Origin: Ruditapes philippinarum
Lineage: Eukaryota
Direction of reading: 5' to 3'
DNA length: 64,000 nucleotides
NCBI RefSeq assembly: GCF_026571515.1
Contig: NW_026860638.1
Span: 1-64,000 of the forward strand
Each line of letters opens with the position of its first letter. The stretch's first letter is position 1. Of the stretch, positions 51,492 to 64,000 are shown piece by piece. Made by a program: the position numbers and the translations under genes. The notes beneath the pieces were generated by a model. The model saw only the letters and a list, made by a program, of their open reading frames with translations. It was not told where the DNA came from and searched no databases.

Positions 51492-54400
51492 ATGCTAAAT
51501 TTAACAGGATATATAGTGAACTATTTGTGTTTTTTATTATTATGTGTTTTGATGGTAAATGGAATACCTTTAAGAGGAAGAGTTGATATCATCGAAAAAA
51601 GAATTGGTGTGGTTGAAACACGAATGAATTCTGACAATGAACTGGCAAGAGAAATGTTTTTATCGCTCCAACAAAATTTTGAGGACATTAACAGTTCTAT
51701 GATCACTCGTAAGAATCAAAAGTGCCCCATTATGGACCAACGTGGAGTAAAAGAGGATCAGAGTGATTCTGAAAATAATGTTGAAATTCTACAGTCAAGT
51801 CGAGTAATGATGACCTTAGGACTAAAGCGAGAGAAACAATGGACAAGAGATCAAGTAAAAATACTTTCTACTCAAATGGGTGAACATTCCGATCGGTTAG
51901 ACAGACAGTTCTTAAACCTTACAAATCAGATTCATTTACACAATGACGAGTTAACCAAGAATTACTCGAAGCTTAGAACTGATACGATAGACAAAGCTGA
52001 AAGAGAGAAACAATGGACAAAAGATCAAGTGAAAAACCTTACGAGTCAAGTACATGAACAAACTGATCAGCTCAACAATAACTTCTCAGAACTCAGAACC
52101 GAATTAATAGGTGTGAATGAAGAAATAAAATCCGATATATATTTAAAAATAAACAAAACAGACATGTTAATAAGTTCGCAACAGAAAGAAATAGAAGCTT
52201 TAAAGGAAACTCAAACTAACCTTTTAAATGCTTTAATGTCTACAAACGTGGTAAAATATGATTATACATGTCCATCAGACTGGAAAAAATATTCATCATA
52301 TTGTTATTTGTTTCCCAAAGATAGAATGAAATTCGATGAAGCACGTGCTTATTGTAAACGTCTAGAAGCAACGTTGCCTGACATTGAGAATCAAGCAGAG
52401 AATTCTTTTATTGCTGATTACCTTAATGATTATTCGTATTTTGCTTGGATTGGTTACTCTGATGAGGAGAAAGAGGGTACTTGGATCTCAGGAAGAACTG
52501 GCCAACCTGCTTCTTTCACGTACGTTGATATGATCTCATCTTAATCTATACTCAAATCATAAAATAAAGAGGATATGACTGATTAATTAATCATTTTAGT
52601 AGTTATATATATACATAACTTTCTTGCTTTCAGTCTGTACATTTCTACAAGATACAATTATAACAGGTAACGATGTTAATGATTGGATAATTGATACATC
52701 CATTAACTTTTCTTTGACGAGAAGTATTTTCGATCACGGTAGTCTTGGAAACAAATAACTAATGTATGTCAAGGTAGAAATACAACATCTCGTCATATTT
52801 TGATATTTCTTCTTTTTGAAATATATTTGATATCCGTACAGACTCAAGGTCCCATATTCCATAAATATTTTAACAGTTTATTGTCTCATTCCAAGCATGT
52901 CATATAATTATACAATACATCACAATGTGCAATCAATTAAAAAAACATGTTGGACCAATCTCGATAGATTTATAAGAGACATTTAAAAACATGATGATAC
53001 TGGTAAAATATATTCTATAGCTAAAATCCAATTTACTTTATAACCAAGTTACATGTATATATAACATACATTTTTGCTTATTCCTTCATAAATAAACAAT
53101 ATACTTAAAACAATAATGCCCAGAATATTTGTGACAATACTACTGCAATTTACTTGTGATGTGAGTGAGGCCAAGTATGTTCATACAAAAGCGTAAGTTT
53201 AGTGCAGCATACATGTACCCAGCATTGCTGTATAATTATCATTATTCAGTAAAAGAGTAATAATGTTCCAAATGAATGCATATATCATGGAGTATAAGGT
53301 TGTAACCCCAAAAGCACCTGACTGTGAAAGGTGTGTGACCTAATATATTCGAATAAGTACATGATTATGCTAAATGTGTGTTCCAATAAGTACATGATTA
53401 AACATGGTGTGTGACCCAAGGTACAGAATTGTGCATGATGTGTGATCCAATAAGTACATGATTGAACATGGTATGTGTCCCAATAAGTACAAGATTGTAC
53501 ATGATGCATAACCAAATAAGTACATGGTAGAATATGGTGCGTGAAAGGTCATTATTCTGCACTACCTTAAATGACAGTCTAATGAATAATATTAACAATA
53601 ATTGGTTGGTTGGATATATTTGACTGTATAGGGTGATCGCCTTCCAGCATGATACATTTGTGTGCCAGTGTAGATAACATTAGTAGGGTACAAACAAACT
53701 GCACTAAACTCAGCCTAAAAATCAACCATTTAAATCAAGTCTATACACAATATGTCTTAATATTCAATGTCGATACACTGTGGCAATGTACTGCTATATC
53801 ATTGCCACAGTTAAATCTTCCTTCACAACCAAAATAAAACAAAAATATCTGTTTTACATCTTCAATTATAAAATATAAAACTAATTGCTGTTAAAAATTA
53901 TGTACTATGTACACTACTATTGTTACATTTCTACTACTTTAATAACAGGATTAAAACATCCTATTTACACATAAACAAATTCCTTCTTTGTAGTATCTGG
54001 AAGGAGGTTTTGGCACTAACTCTAATTACATTAGTATTACTAAATATAACTTTTAATTTCTCATCACTGTTCAGGTCGATAAAATTGTTAACAGCAACTG
54101 GAGCTTGTTCAAAAAGTACATTTCTTAAATCATTGTATAACTGACATTCTAGTATTACATGAGTTTCATCCTCTACCACATGACAAAATGGACATAGACG
54201 TCTATCTACCTGGAGATTTTCAAATCTTCCGGTTTCTATACGAATTGGTGCTACACCACATCTAAATTTGCTAAAAGCTGATCTTTTGCTTACAGGCAAA
54301 ATCGTTGTACAAAAAGGTTATCCGTACAGACTCAAGGTCCCATATTCCATAAAAGTAGAAGACACATTATGATAAATAGCAGAGACTAGGGCAATAAATA

Positions 54401-54899
54401 ACATAAATGTTTGCATATGTCTAGTACATTTAGAGACGGAGAGCAGAACCGTATGCTAAAGTTTTTTTCTTTAATTTACATTACAAAAAGCAAAATTGCG
54501 CTCTAATTCATTCACAAACCAAATGATAAATCGAAAGACAAAAACAGGAAGAAAACAAAGAAGATGCGACCTATTTAAAATACCAGTACATATTATTTAT
54601 GTACTTTATGTTACTTACAGAGCTTTAAGGTAACACATATGCTAGTTTATCAATGTAGTATGCAGCGCATGATCACTTTATAAAAACATTGGTGATAATA
54701 CCAAAGAAAACTTGTTATCATAAATAAATATCATATAAATGTATATTTCAGAAACTTTGCGGATGGTCATTCTAACGGAGGTATTGGAGGTAATTGTGCA
54801 GGAATAAGTCCCTGGGGCGGTAAATGGTATGCTTTGAATCCTCAATCCGAACAGATTGTTGTTTGTAAAAAAGATGCCACCATGGAGTTCAAGTTGTAA
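51492..54899 (+). CDS. Secreted coiled-coil + C-type lectin domain protein B (2 exons, ~391 aa; non-canonical HSN/WYA)
   Basis: Exons 51492-52519 and 54752-54899. Close paralogue of gene A with a longer stalk. Exon 2 reads NFADGHSNGGIGGNCAGISPWGGKWYALNPQSEQIVVCKKDATMEFKL*. Confidence 0.88.
52866..54318 (-). mobile_element. 5'-truncated LINE in the intron of lectin B, flanked by a 35-bp TSD
   Basis: ORF2 C-terminus 53961-54299 (FRCGVAPIRIETGR...LCPFCHVVEDETHVILEC). ~1.1-kb 3' region with AATAAA near its end. Identical 35-mers at 52831-52865 and 54319-54353; single copy at the equivalent site in gene A. Confidence 0.9.
53350..53545. repeat. ~33-bp minisatellite inside the LINE 3' region
   Basis: About 6 units of ccaataagtacatgattgaacatggtgtgtga. 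Confidence 0.85.
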
Positions 54900-56469
54900 A
54901 TATCAGTACATCTTTTAATTCAAGGCAGACCGAGCTTTTTTATCATTATTCATAGTACAATTATTATTATGTGAATAAATCATAGTTGATTTACTTTTAT
55001 ATTCAGTCTCGAGAAATGTTCTAGTCTACATTTCTATTGTACTGTTTGTACTTTTTTATGTTTTGCTTTAAAATTAATTCAGCACTTGTGAACGTACTTT
55101 ACAGTTGTGATATTTCTCTTTATAGGGCATGTCCATGAAAAAGAAGTGTACGACAATTTTTTATTTATAATATGTATCATATTATTAAGAGTTGGGGGAA
55201 GTTTGGTTATTCAAAAAAACTTTTTAATAAGTTGCATGTAATAAATATATCACTATGAACAGAACAAACATGTATATTATTCCAATAAAGAGAACTTTTA
55301 GATTGTCTTTGTCATACAAAGTAATAGAGTAACTGACTTCATAAAGCTCGTTAAAATGAGTTGGCTATAATTGTTAAGTTTTGTGTGATCTTCGTAATTT
55401 TTCGTTAGCCGTTTTTGTGATGAAGATAGCTCTTATTGTTCGGAGGCCTTGTTAAATATAGCGTCTGCCGTATAGAGGAAAGTAGTCAGTGTAATTAAAT
55501 TGTCAGTGTGTGTATTTCCGTCGAAACATTACAACACTTTAAAAAATAGTGCATTTTGATAATGTGAAAAGAACCCAGAACCTCTAGGTATTCATTGACA
55601 CATAACGTACACTAATAAATCCCCGCCAAGCTCCGGATAAAGGACAAATTTGGAGGTTTTGTCGGCAGGATTTATATATGGCGTAGAAATGTTAACTATA
55701 GTTAGTGACTATATTATATACTAATAAATCATATAGCAATGGACAAACGTTGAAATCCGCAAATGTGTAACTGCGTGATTTCAAGCTTTGAATTCCTTCC
55801 TCACTACCTTTTTTCTATTCCTTATATTCGAATGTATAAAATAATAATAAAAATATATTGTAAAAACGATGATATATGACAATGTGTGTACACCATCCTC
55901 TCAGTTCAACAAATTCAAGTTTCACTTGAAGCAACACATCTCCAGATTCATGCTCATTTTCGTGAAAATTTTTGACATGTATTTAAAAGTAAAAAATTGT
56001 GAAGTAACCAAAAAAGCAATTTGTACATTACAAACAACACCACTCACAACCCACGTAAATTACCAAAATGAGGTAAAATATGTTTTAAAAAGCCTTTACT
56101 GCATAAGTTACGCAGTAGAAATACGGTTATAAATACTGAAAAATCAATTATAAATCGCAAATTTCATGTAAATTAATACTTAAATCTTTGATTTTCTTTT
56201 TAATTTTCTTAAAATGTTAGTACATGTACGTCTTTCTTGGGTTTGATTTAATGACTTATAGTTTGACTAATCCATCATTCCATCCCCTCTTACATGTCGT
56301 CGACGTCCTCAAACAAGGATAATATAGCTAAAGGATTATTTGGAAACGTTCAAGACTCTGCTTACATTTAAAAATACATTCATTGTAGCAGAATGTGTCA
56401 TTTAATATGAAGTGACGCGTTGGACAAAGGCTGAAAAACATAGCAAATAGTTTGGGAGAACGGAAAAAT

Positions 56470-59400
56470 AACAATAACAACAACAACAACAACAATAAAA
56501 ACAACATTTCATTTTGTTAATAAAGGCCGCCGGCCCAAAATATACAATACTCGTATAATTAGAGCAGATATGCATATTTGGCTGTGTCTACAATACACAT
56601 TGTTATCTATGACATGTTTTCCTATTTATTATATTTTATTTAGTTATCAACAATTTTCATAATTTCAACAAGTTAAAAGCAATAATCTTGACAATATTTT
56701 ATTTGAACTTGATCAAGAATTTCAGAGATTTCATTTCCATAAATTTCGGCACCATAGGTAAGTATAGGTTAATAATTAAAAATAATCAGAGTGTAAGAAC
56801 TTTCCAAAATTTCTTTGATATGATTTAATAGTATAAATAGATTTCCTAGCTTGTGCAGCAAGTTTAGTTTTTACTTTTGTCCCAGATGATTAAGATGTAA
56901 ATTAAAAACCCATATATGTGTACATTGAGGTTACATTTACTGCACTGCCGTTGTAAAGCAATTTTTCATATGATCTGGGCGGTCCCCCATTTCGAAACAC
57001 AATAATTTCAGTTTTACTTTCATTTATAGACATTCCGGTATTAAAACAAAATTCTGTAATTGAATTTAACTGAGACTTAAGTTCGATCGCAGTATCGGCA
57101 CAATTAGCAACATCATCGGCGAAAAGAATGCATATAGTATTGGGAATTTGATCTTACTACGCAGGAAATGAGATAACTCATTTATATACAAGTTAAACAT
57201 AATCGTACTCGTTACGTCCCCTTCCCTTTTTTTTAGTTCTGGTAGTACTAACTTGTACACATCCCCGGAATTTTGAGTACATTGATATAAGAACACGGGA
57301 TAAATTCCCTCTAAGATCACATCGGTTTATAGTATTGTTTAAGTCCATCAAATGCTAAATTTAAAATCTACATAAAGGACATAAAATTTACGAATAGTTT
57401 TCTGTACCATACTTTGTAATATAAAAATATTATCAATTGTAGAGTAACCAACTCGAAATTCGGCTTGAGTTTCATCTATTTTATCAAATTTCTCTACCCA
57501 GTTATATAACCTTTCATATATAATATTAGAAAATATCTTATACATAACATATAATTTGAGGGGTCATCCTGAAGCCCAGACTAGTAAACGGGTCCTATTA
57601 TACTATCCCTCCAAATGTCTGAAAACACCCCAGTACTTAATACCTTATTAAACAATTTACAAAGAACAGGTGCGATTTATGACGAAGTATTTGTATAAAA
57701 ATCTTGCTCTAATGCCATCACTTCCCTTTGCTTTTCCCCATTTCAGTTTGTTTCTACTTTTAATTTAAATACAGATTTTCCTCTTCAGTAATAACTCTAA
57801 AGTCCCAATTATTTTCATATATATTAGGCTGGTTACTTTAAATAGTTACTCATGGAAATAATCAAACCAAGCTCCCGTATCTATCAATGAAGATTGTTCA
57901 TTTATATTACTATTTCTAGATTTTAATAGTTTAGTTTCCAAAAGGCTTTGGGATTTGATGGTAACGTAATGAGTAGATCGCGCTTAGACTTTTGGTAAAG
58001 ATACTTTTAATATATTACGTTTTTTTAAAACGTTTTCGGAGCGCTACAAATTGTTGAAAGTCATTTATGTTATTAGTCCAGCGAAATCATCGCAGAGCTG
58101 CATATTTAATCTGCTTAGTTGTTTCACATTATCGATCCAACCAGGGTCGATTACTTTTTAGATAATTTCGCGCTAAATATCTAACGCGCATCTTTGCTGG
58201 TTATTTTTTTTTTAATTTTAAATATTAATAATATGATTAACTGCATGGTCAATACTAAGATCTATTTTATTAAGTAAATTCTCTCGTATACTCGTATACT
58301 CCGCGGTAAATATTGTAAGAAATCCGCCGTATGCATATCATTTCATCTATATTTTTCGACATGAACCTTATATTAGTTAGAGGTTTCGATTTCATTGTTA
58401 TATCTAAAGAATGATTGCCACCGCTCTTAAGTGAATATTGAACTAACTGTTAAATGGTCTGATTCATGACTCTCTTCAACGTTAGAATAACTTATATGAG
58501 AAAAAATATCAGACGAGACAATGTGATATTGAACAACACTTGCTCCATTGTAATTTAAACAAGTAAAATTACCTGCAACATCGTTGTACAAACGACATAA
58601 ACTATGGATACTATGAATACAACATAATTCTACAAGAGATCTCCCAAATAAATTATATCTCTCAATATCTTTGTTATTTCTAGAAATTTCAAAATGGTCT
58701 TAAATCATAATCAATTTCTGTATTAAGGTAGATAAACGTATCTGTATAACTGTGGTCGATTTCCAAATAATTACGCTCTACAGACGCTTTCTTAACCAAA
58801 GTAGTTTTGGATATCTGCCCCTTCTGTCGCGAGCAGCCATTTTGAACATTCGGATGACGTAATGGTTTCCCGCTATCGTGTTATCCGTTGACTGGTAAAA
58901 TTACTGCAAACATATTTACAAACAACCATTTAAATAGGAGTCTAGAATCGAAATTACTTCCAAATAAATAATTCCAATAGTTTGTTATTTTAAAATTTCA
59001 AAGATATCATTTTCTTATTTAATATACACATGTATATGGTACAATTAATCTAAGCAAATCCTTTCGTACATTGAAATCCCCACCTTAGTATAGATATACA
59101 TTTGAATACATATTATTTAATATTTCAATATTACTTTTAATGGTTTTAATTCCATGTTTTTCGGACTTTTTGTCATAAATATATGACCCTTCAAGAGAAA
59201 CATAAACAATGTATAAAATAATATCCTGCATGGATCTATATAAAGCACTTTTAATATATAAAACTATACAATCGTTTAAGTCAGTGCATATACGTGAAAT
59301 AAAATTGTTTGTTATCAGGTGCGATTCAATATACACGGAAACACCACCGCTGTTACGTAAAGAGCCAGAACATTTTAAACATACATTATCGAAACACGTG

Positions 59401-59600
59401 TACCCATACAAAATATTTGGAAATTCATTTTCAACATCATTCCAAGTTTCTACTAAAACCAATAATGTCAAATAATGTCAAACCTCTGTTAATAATTTAA
59501 GAAATTGTAGTCATGTACATGTTTCTTTAAACCGCAAATGTTCCATGTGACAATGTTTTTATTTACACAAGGACCTTTGACCTGTTTCCTATTCTTCGCC
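56470..59600 (-). mobile_element. Degenerate, internally deleted LINE (AP endonuclease + RT) with (TTG)n tail
   Basis: VTWNICGL (~59550), LVETW, RNSGGVSVYI, YKIFSNIIYERL...QAEFRVGYSTIDNIFIL...YVDFK, FADDVA (~57120). (caa)n on the + strand at 56470-56505. Confidence 0.85.
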
Positions 59601-60865
59601 TATTTCCTCACTTTCGATCTCTCCTTCGTTTCCTGATTGGTCGCCATCGTTTACATTAATCGATCGTACCATTATAATATAATAGGTTATTGAAGTTCTT
59701 TAATTAATATTATATAAGTAAGAATATCCAAATGATACATTTTTTTATTGTATTTATCAATTTTTGAAATACCTATAGCAAATGTTCCTATTTTAGACCA
59801 ATCCACCTTAAAGTTGTTTAAACTGTTCATTCACCAGGACAATTTTTGCATTGAAACAACAGAGCTGTACCTTTAAGGAAAGGTTTCTTTGACAGGCATT
59901 AAACATCGTGTAATAACAGTAATGGGGTTGAAGTTGTTAATCACCTAAACTAAAAATATTATGTAATGACAAGGCTTAAGCTTTCGGCGTGGTAGCCTAC
60001 ATGTAACCACAATCTTGTGGAGAATGATTGGTGAGCGAGAGATTTAATACTTTACCTGCAGGGACTGTGTCATCATCACATGCGGGAACGGAAGTCATGG
60101 TAATTTGTAATACTGAAACGTTATTATATCACAACCTTTTCAACCTTGTTTTGTACCAGTTATTTAAGGCAACATACGCAATAGCAACGTAACTGCTAGC
60201 TGACAAACACTTTACATGTTCTGTATGAATTTTAATGAGATTAGTAATTCCTACTCGTAGAAATTCGGAACTTTTTGCAAAAATTTGTGTTTTCTCTTGT
60301 TCAATAAGCGTCGGCCTAATCATGAGCAATTAATCATTTAAGCCAAGATTAATGCCTTCATATAAACGAATTACGAAACGTCCGAAAAATTACAAGCTCT
60401 TAAAAGTACTCGACTGAGGTTCAAAGGCCTAAATTGGGCTAAAATCATAAAAATTTAAAATCTTATAAAGATAAAATAAAGCACTTAAAATTTAAAAGTC
60501 TGCAAAGAATAATACTAAGAAATAATTTGAAATCGATTTTTACCCTGATGTAAGTGAAAAGCGTTACAACGTTTTTTCATTGTTTTGTTATTTTGCATGT
60601 AGAATAATAAACTTTATTCTGGGCAAACAGGGCGGGGGAATGGTCTGGAGTTTTGCACACAAGTTATTGGTTCAGACATTTATCTCTCGGAAACATATTT
60701 CCATTCCCTTTATGTCCAAATGAAAAATTCAGTGGAGTCCCTTTAATGAATACTGGGCTTAGTTACAGCCATTGTCATTTGTCATGCGTAAAAATTGATA
60801 TATATGATAGTAACATGAAATTTAAAGGCAGCATCAATCACTATATTCAACAACAATTGTTATAC

Positions 60866-61103
60866 ATTTGAGCCGTGTCATGACAAAACAAACATAATGG
60901 GTTTGCGACCAGCATGGATCCAGACCAGCCTGCGCATCCGCGCAGTCTGATCAAGATCCATGCTGTTCGCTTACCAACCCTATAACAAGTAAACAAACTG
61001 AACAGCATGGATCCTGATCAGACTGCGCGGATGCGCAGGCTGGTCTGGATCCATGCTGTTTGCAAACACAATACGTTGGTTTTATCGACAGTCATTTCAA
61101 AAT
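60866..61103. mobile_element. Palindromic MITE-like element
   Basis: cagcatggatccagaccagcctgcgcatccgcgcagtctgatca is followed by its reverse complement tgatcagactgcgcggatgcgcaggctggtctggatccatgctg. The outer arms are also approximately inverted. Confidence 0.85.
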
Positions 61104-64000
61104 GGCGTCCATTCAGACTATATTGACCTTAATTTTACATTTGATATCTATTTTCTCGATCAGAAGAAAGAAGAAATTATTAACAATCGCAGTGTTAAAA
61201 ATGTTTTATTCTACTCACAATTCCTTGTCAGCCGTGCTGTTTGATCACGTGACTTTTACCTCTTCTAATTCTTCAGTCTGTCTGGTTGAGTAAATAGAAG
61301 AGCTTCTGAACATAGAAAACGACCAATCGAACAGTCTGGACGAGCAATTTTATTTATGGTAGCTCTTCCGTTACCTCATTCGTAGCGACCACTAGTTTTG
61401 TAACGAGTAGAAGAAACCAAAGACTTCCTCTATTGTTGGTACAGTTCTACTGATATTCTGTTAACAATATGCAACAAGGTCAACCAAAGTCGTGATTTTA
61501 TTTAAATAGCATCATATGTTTTGTTTTAATTTACAATTACAAAATAAAAACCTGGCTATAATGTTAATAAATTTGGTTGGACATGTCCTGTCCACCGACG
61601 CCAGACATTGCCAAATTTCTAGCTCAACTGGTGAAAGAAAGCTATCTGCAGTCATGAAAAATATCCTCGTAAAGTACGTATTATAAGATATACCCAGCTT
61701 TTGATATATTGTTTATTTAATTTAATTATTTAGTTTAGATGGAAAGAATCAAATGTATATGTTTAACTTTAAGACCCAACTACCTCTATGTAAATTTTAA
61801 CAAGCTCGGACTGACACCTTTGTTGTTTGCCTTTTAAGGTTATGCTTTATGGAAATACACGAAGTTGACCGTCTTTTAAACTACGTGGTCACAATTCTGA
61901 TGTTCTTACTATTTGGGCTATCGGACAATATTTGTTGATTTAAGTATCGAAATCTATAGTATCTTTTAAATCCTAAGCGTGCATCCTAACAAATTACGAA
62001 AACTAATGAAAGAACGTTCGACTTTTGGTGTGAATGAGTCTCAGGTCAATATTGCCAAACAATACACTATGCAATAACCATCTCTCTCAAACCATAACAA
62101 AAAAATGAAAAACACAATAAACATTTAACAGACACTACCGGTATCACAGCAGTTTCTGTTAAAACCAAATGAGATTATTTCAGAATATCTGGAAAAAAAA
62201 GAACCGAACAAAAGAACATCCGACAGTGGGGGTCCTGCCTTATTTTTGTGAATAAAAAAAATTATACCATTGTCACACGTTTTATTTCTTATGATCACTA
62301 GCATTATTTACTATTATCAAACGCATTATTTACTATATTATCACACGCATTATTTACTATTGATACCTATGTTACTATTTATAGTAACAAAATCTAGGGT
62401 ATTTCAAGGCAATTATGGCAAGATCTAGGTCAAAATGCAATTTTGGCCGCCTTGCTACTCGGCATTATTTTTGCAAAATGACGTCATCAACTCTCAGTGA
62501 CTTTCAAGATGGCTGCTGACGTTGAATGAATTGTAGTCACTTGCACACAAAATCATATAGATCTAATTAATTGCAATTAACAAAGCATAACAGTGAAGAT
62601 TTATAAACTCAAGACCTCAGGCCATTATGCAAATCATCGGGCCATTATCGCATAATGGCGAACAGCATCCAAGTATTAATATCTAATTATCACACGCATT
62701 ATTTACTATCGTCACGCACTATACGCATCACAGGGATTATTCAAGTATTAACAATAGTCACGTACAGTATTATCGTCGGATACGCACGGTTGATTAACAT
62801 GCAACACAACATCTTATGTAAATGGTTCGGCCGTGGGTATCCGACGTGGCAAAATATATACTTTTGCCACGCTCCTAAAATTTCCATTTTACATGTATAT
62901 CAGTTTTATGTGAATTACTATTTTAACAACCATTGGGACTTTATAAAAAGAGGAAACAATACCGAAAATGAGTTTATTTTAATCATCCGAATATAGTTGG
63001 TCACGTTGTCGTGCTTTTTGGTGGTTTTATTTATTTATTTATATATTTTTTTTTGCTCTTTGTTTTTGTTTGTTTTTACTGATGTTTTTGTTGTTGTTTT
63101 TTTTGTTTGTTTTTTTTCTTGTTGATTTTTCGTCTCCTTGATTTCTGACCAAAATGTTATTCATCTTCATTTGCGGATAACATATGATTTTTAAGAACAA
63201 TTGCCCATATGGTTATAGGAGCGCCGTGGTTAGAAATAGGAAATGAGTTTCATCCTATCTTTAGATTATAAATTTCCATTACTTCACAATCATTCAAATA
63301 AAACACCAGACGAATCCAGAGGCAATGTTGTGGTAAATGTTTGCCCACCAGATTCTATTTTAAGGTAATGGGAAAGCGAAAATAATTTACCACGTTGAAA
63401 AAAACTAAGATTAAATATGTACCCAGGAGCGAGTTTATTTTTAAAAAATGAATGATTAAGTTTTATTATTTTTTGTGATTTTTTTTTTCTCCCTTAGTTC
63501 TGTCTGTTTGGTTTTTTTTGTGAATTTATTTTCTGTTTGTACGCCGATTTAATAAATTTTATGCCATATCTCGGATCCAACTAACAGGCCTTCCTGGACA
63601 ACTATCAAGGCGGTAGTATACACAAATTGCCCCTAAAAGTGACCGAGTCTTAGTTCCACGTAAACTCTGAACATCGGTTAGAGACAAATGACCATAAGAA
63701 CTTATTTCCTAGATCAATGTAATATGTATGTCATGGAGTAATTTCGCCTCTCCGGAGGATCGCACTAGCAACCCTGAGTCCGATGCTCTCCATAATTAAC
63801 AAAGCCGACGAGCTCTCACTAGATAACAAAGCCCACAACGTGAGCTATTGTAACAGCTCACCGTCCGATGCCCGTATGCATAACGACATGATTTTAAAGG
63901 AACTCCACTGAGGTTTATAAGCCTAAAACATAAAATTTGAATTTCTTACATAAATGATCTGGGGCACTTCAAACAGAAACCTATGCAAAGACAGTTAAGA

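Noticed and set aside
62270-62780. 113-aa ORF 62655-62996 and nearby cacgcattatttacta repeats as a gene or defined element
   Set aside because: No protein motif, and I could not define termini or a TSD for the repeat.

Overview
AT-rich eukaryotic genomic DNA, most likely a bivalve mollusc (inferred from the repeat families and lectin types), containing a lectin gene cluster with many transposable elements. (1) Two 5-exon paralogues (377-4968 and 20300-29177, +), reconstructed by hand, encode secreted PAN/apple + F-type lectin (fucolectin) proteins; only the second keeps the complete H-X26-RXD-X4-R fucose-binding motif. (2) Between them lies a young, apparently intact BEL/Pao LTR retrotransposon (10262-19225, -; CCCTT target-site duplication, ~700-bp LTRs, tRNA-Phe-like PBS, 1924-aa gag-pol). 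In the position normally occupied by env it carries an extra 399-aa ORF encoding two C2H2 zinc fingers and a long acidic tail with a SIM-like motif, and its U3 has repeated CG-rich motifs. This is the best candidate for an undescribed system: a retrotransposon-encoded regulator. (3) A tandem array of signal peptide + coiled-coil + C-type lectin genes (43524-45268, 51492-54899, plus pseudogene remnants) whose divergence is concentrated in the sugar-binding loop. Also present: degenerate LINEs (one with a 35-bp TSD), a Tc1/mariner relic, tRNA-derived SINEs, HINE/pearl-like elements, palindromic MITEs, satellites and one N gap. All alignments and counts were done by eye.
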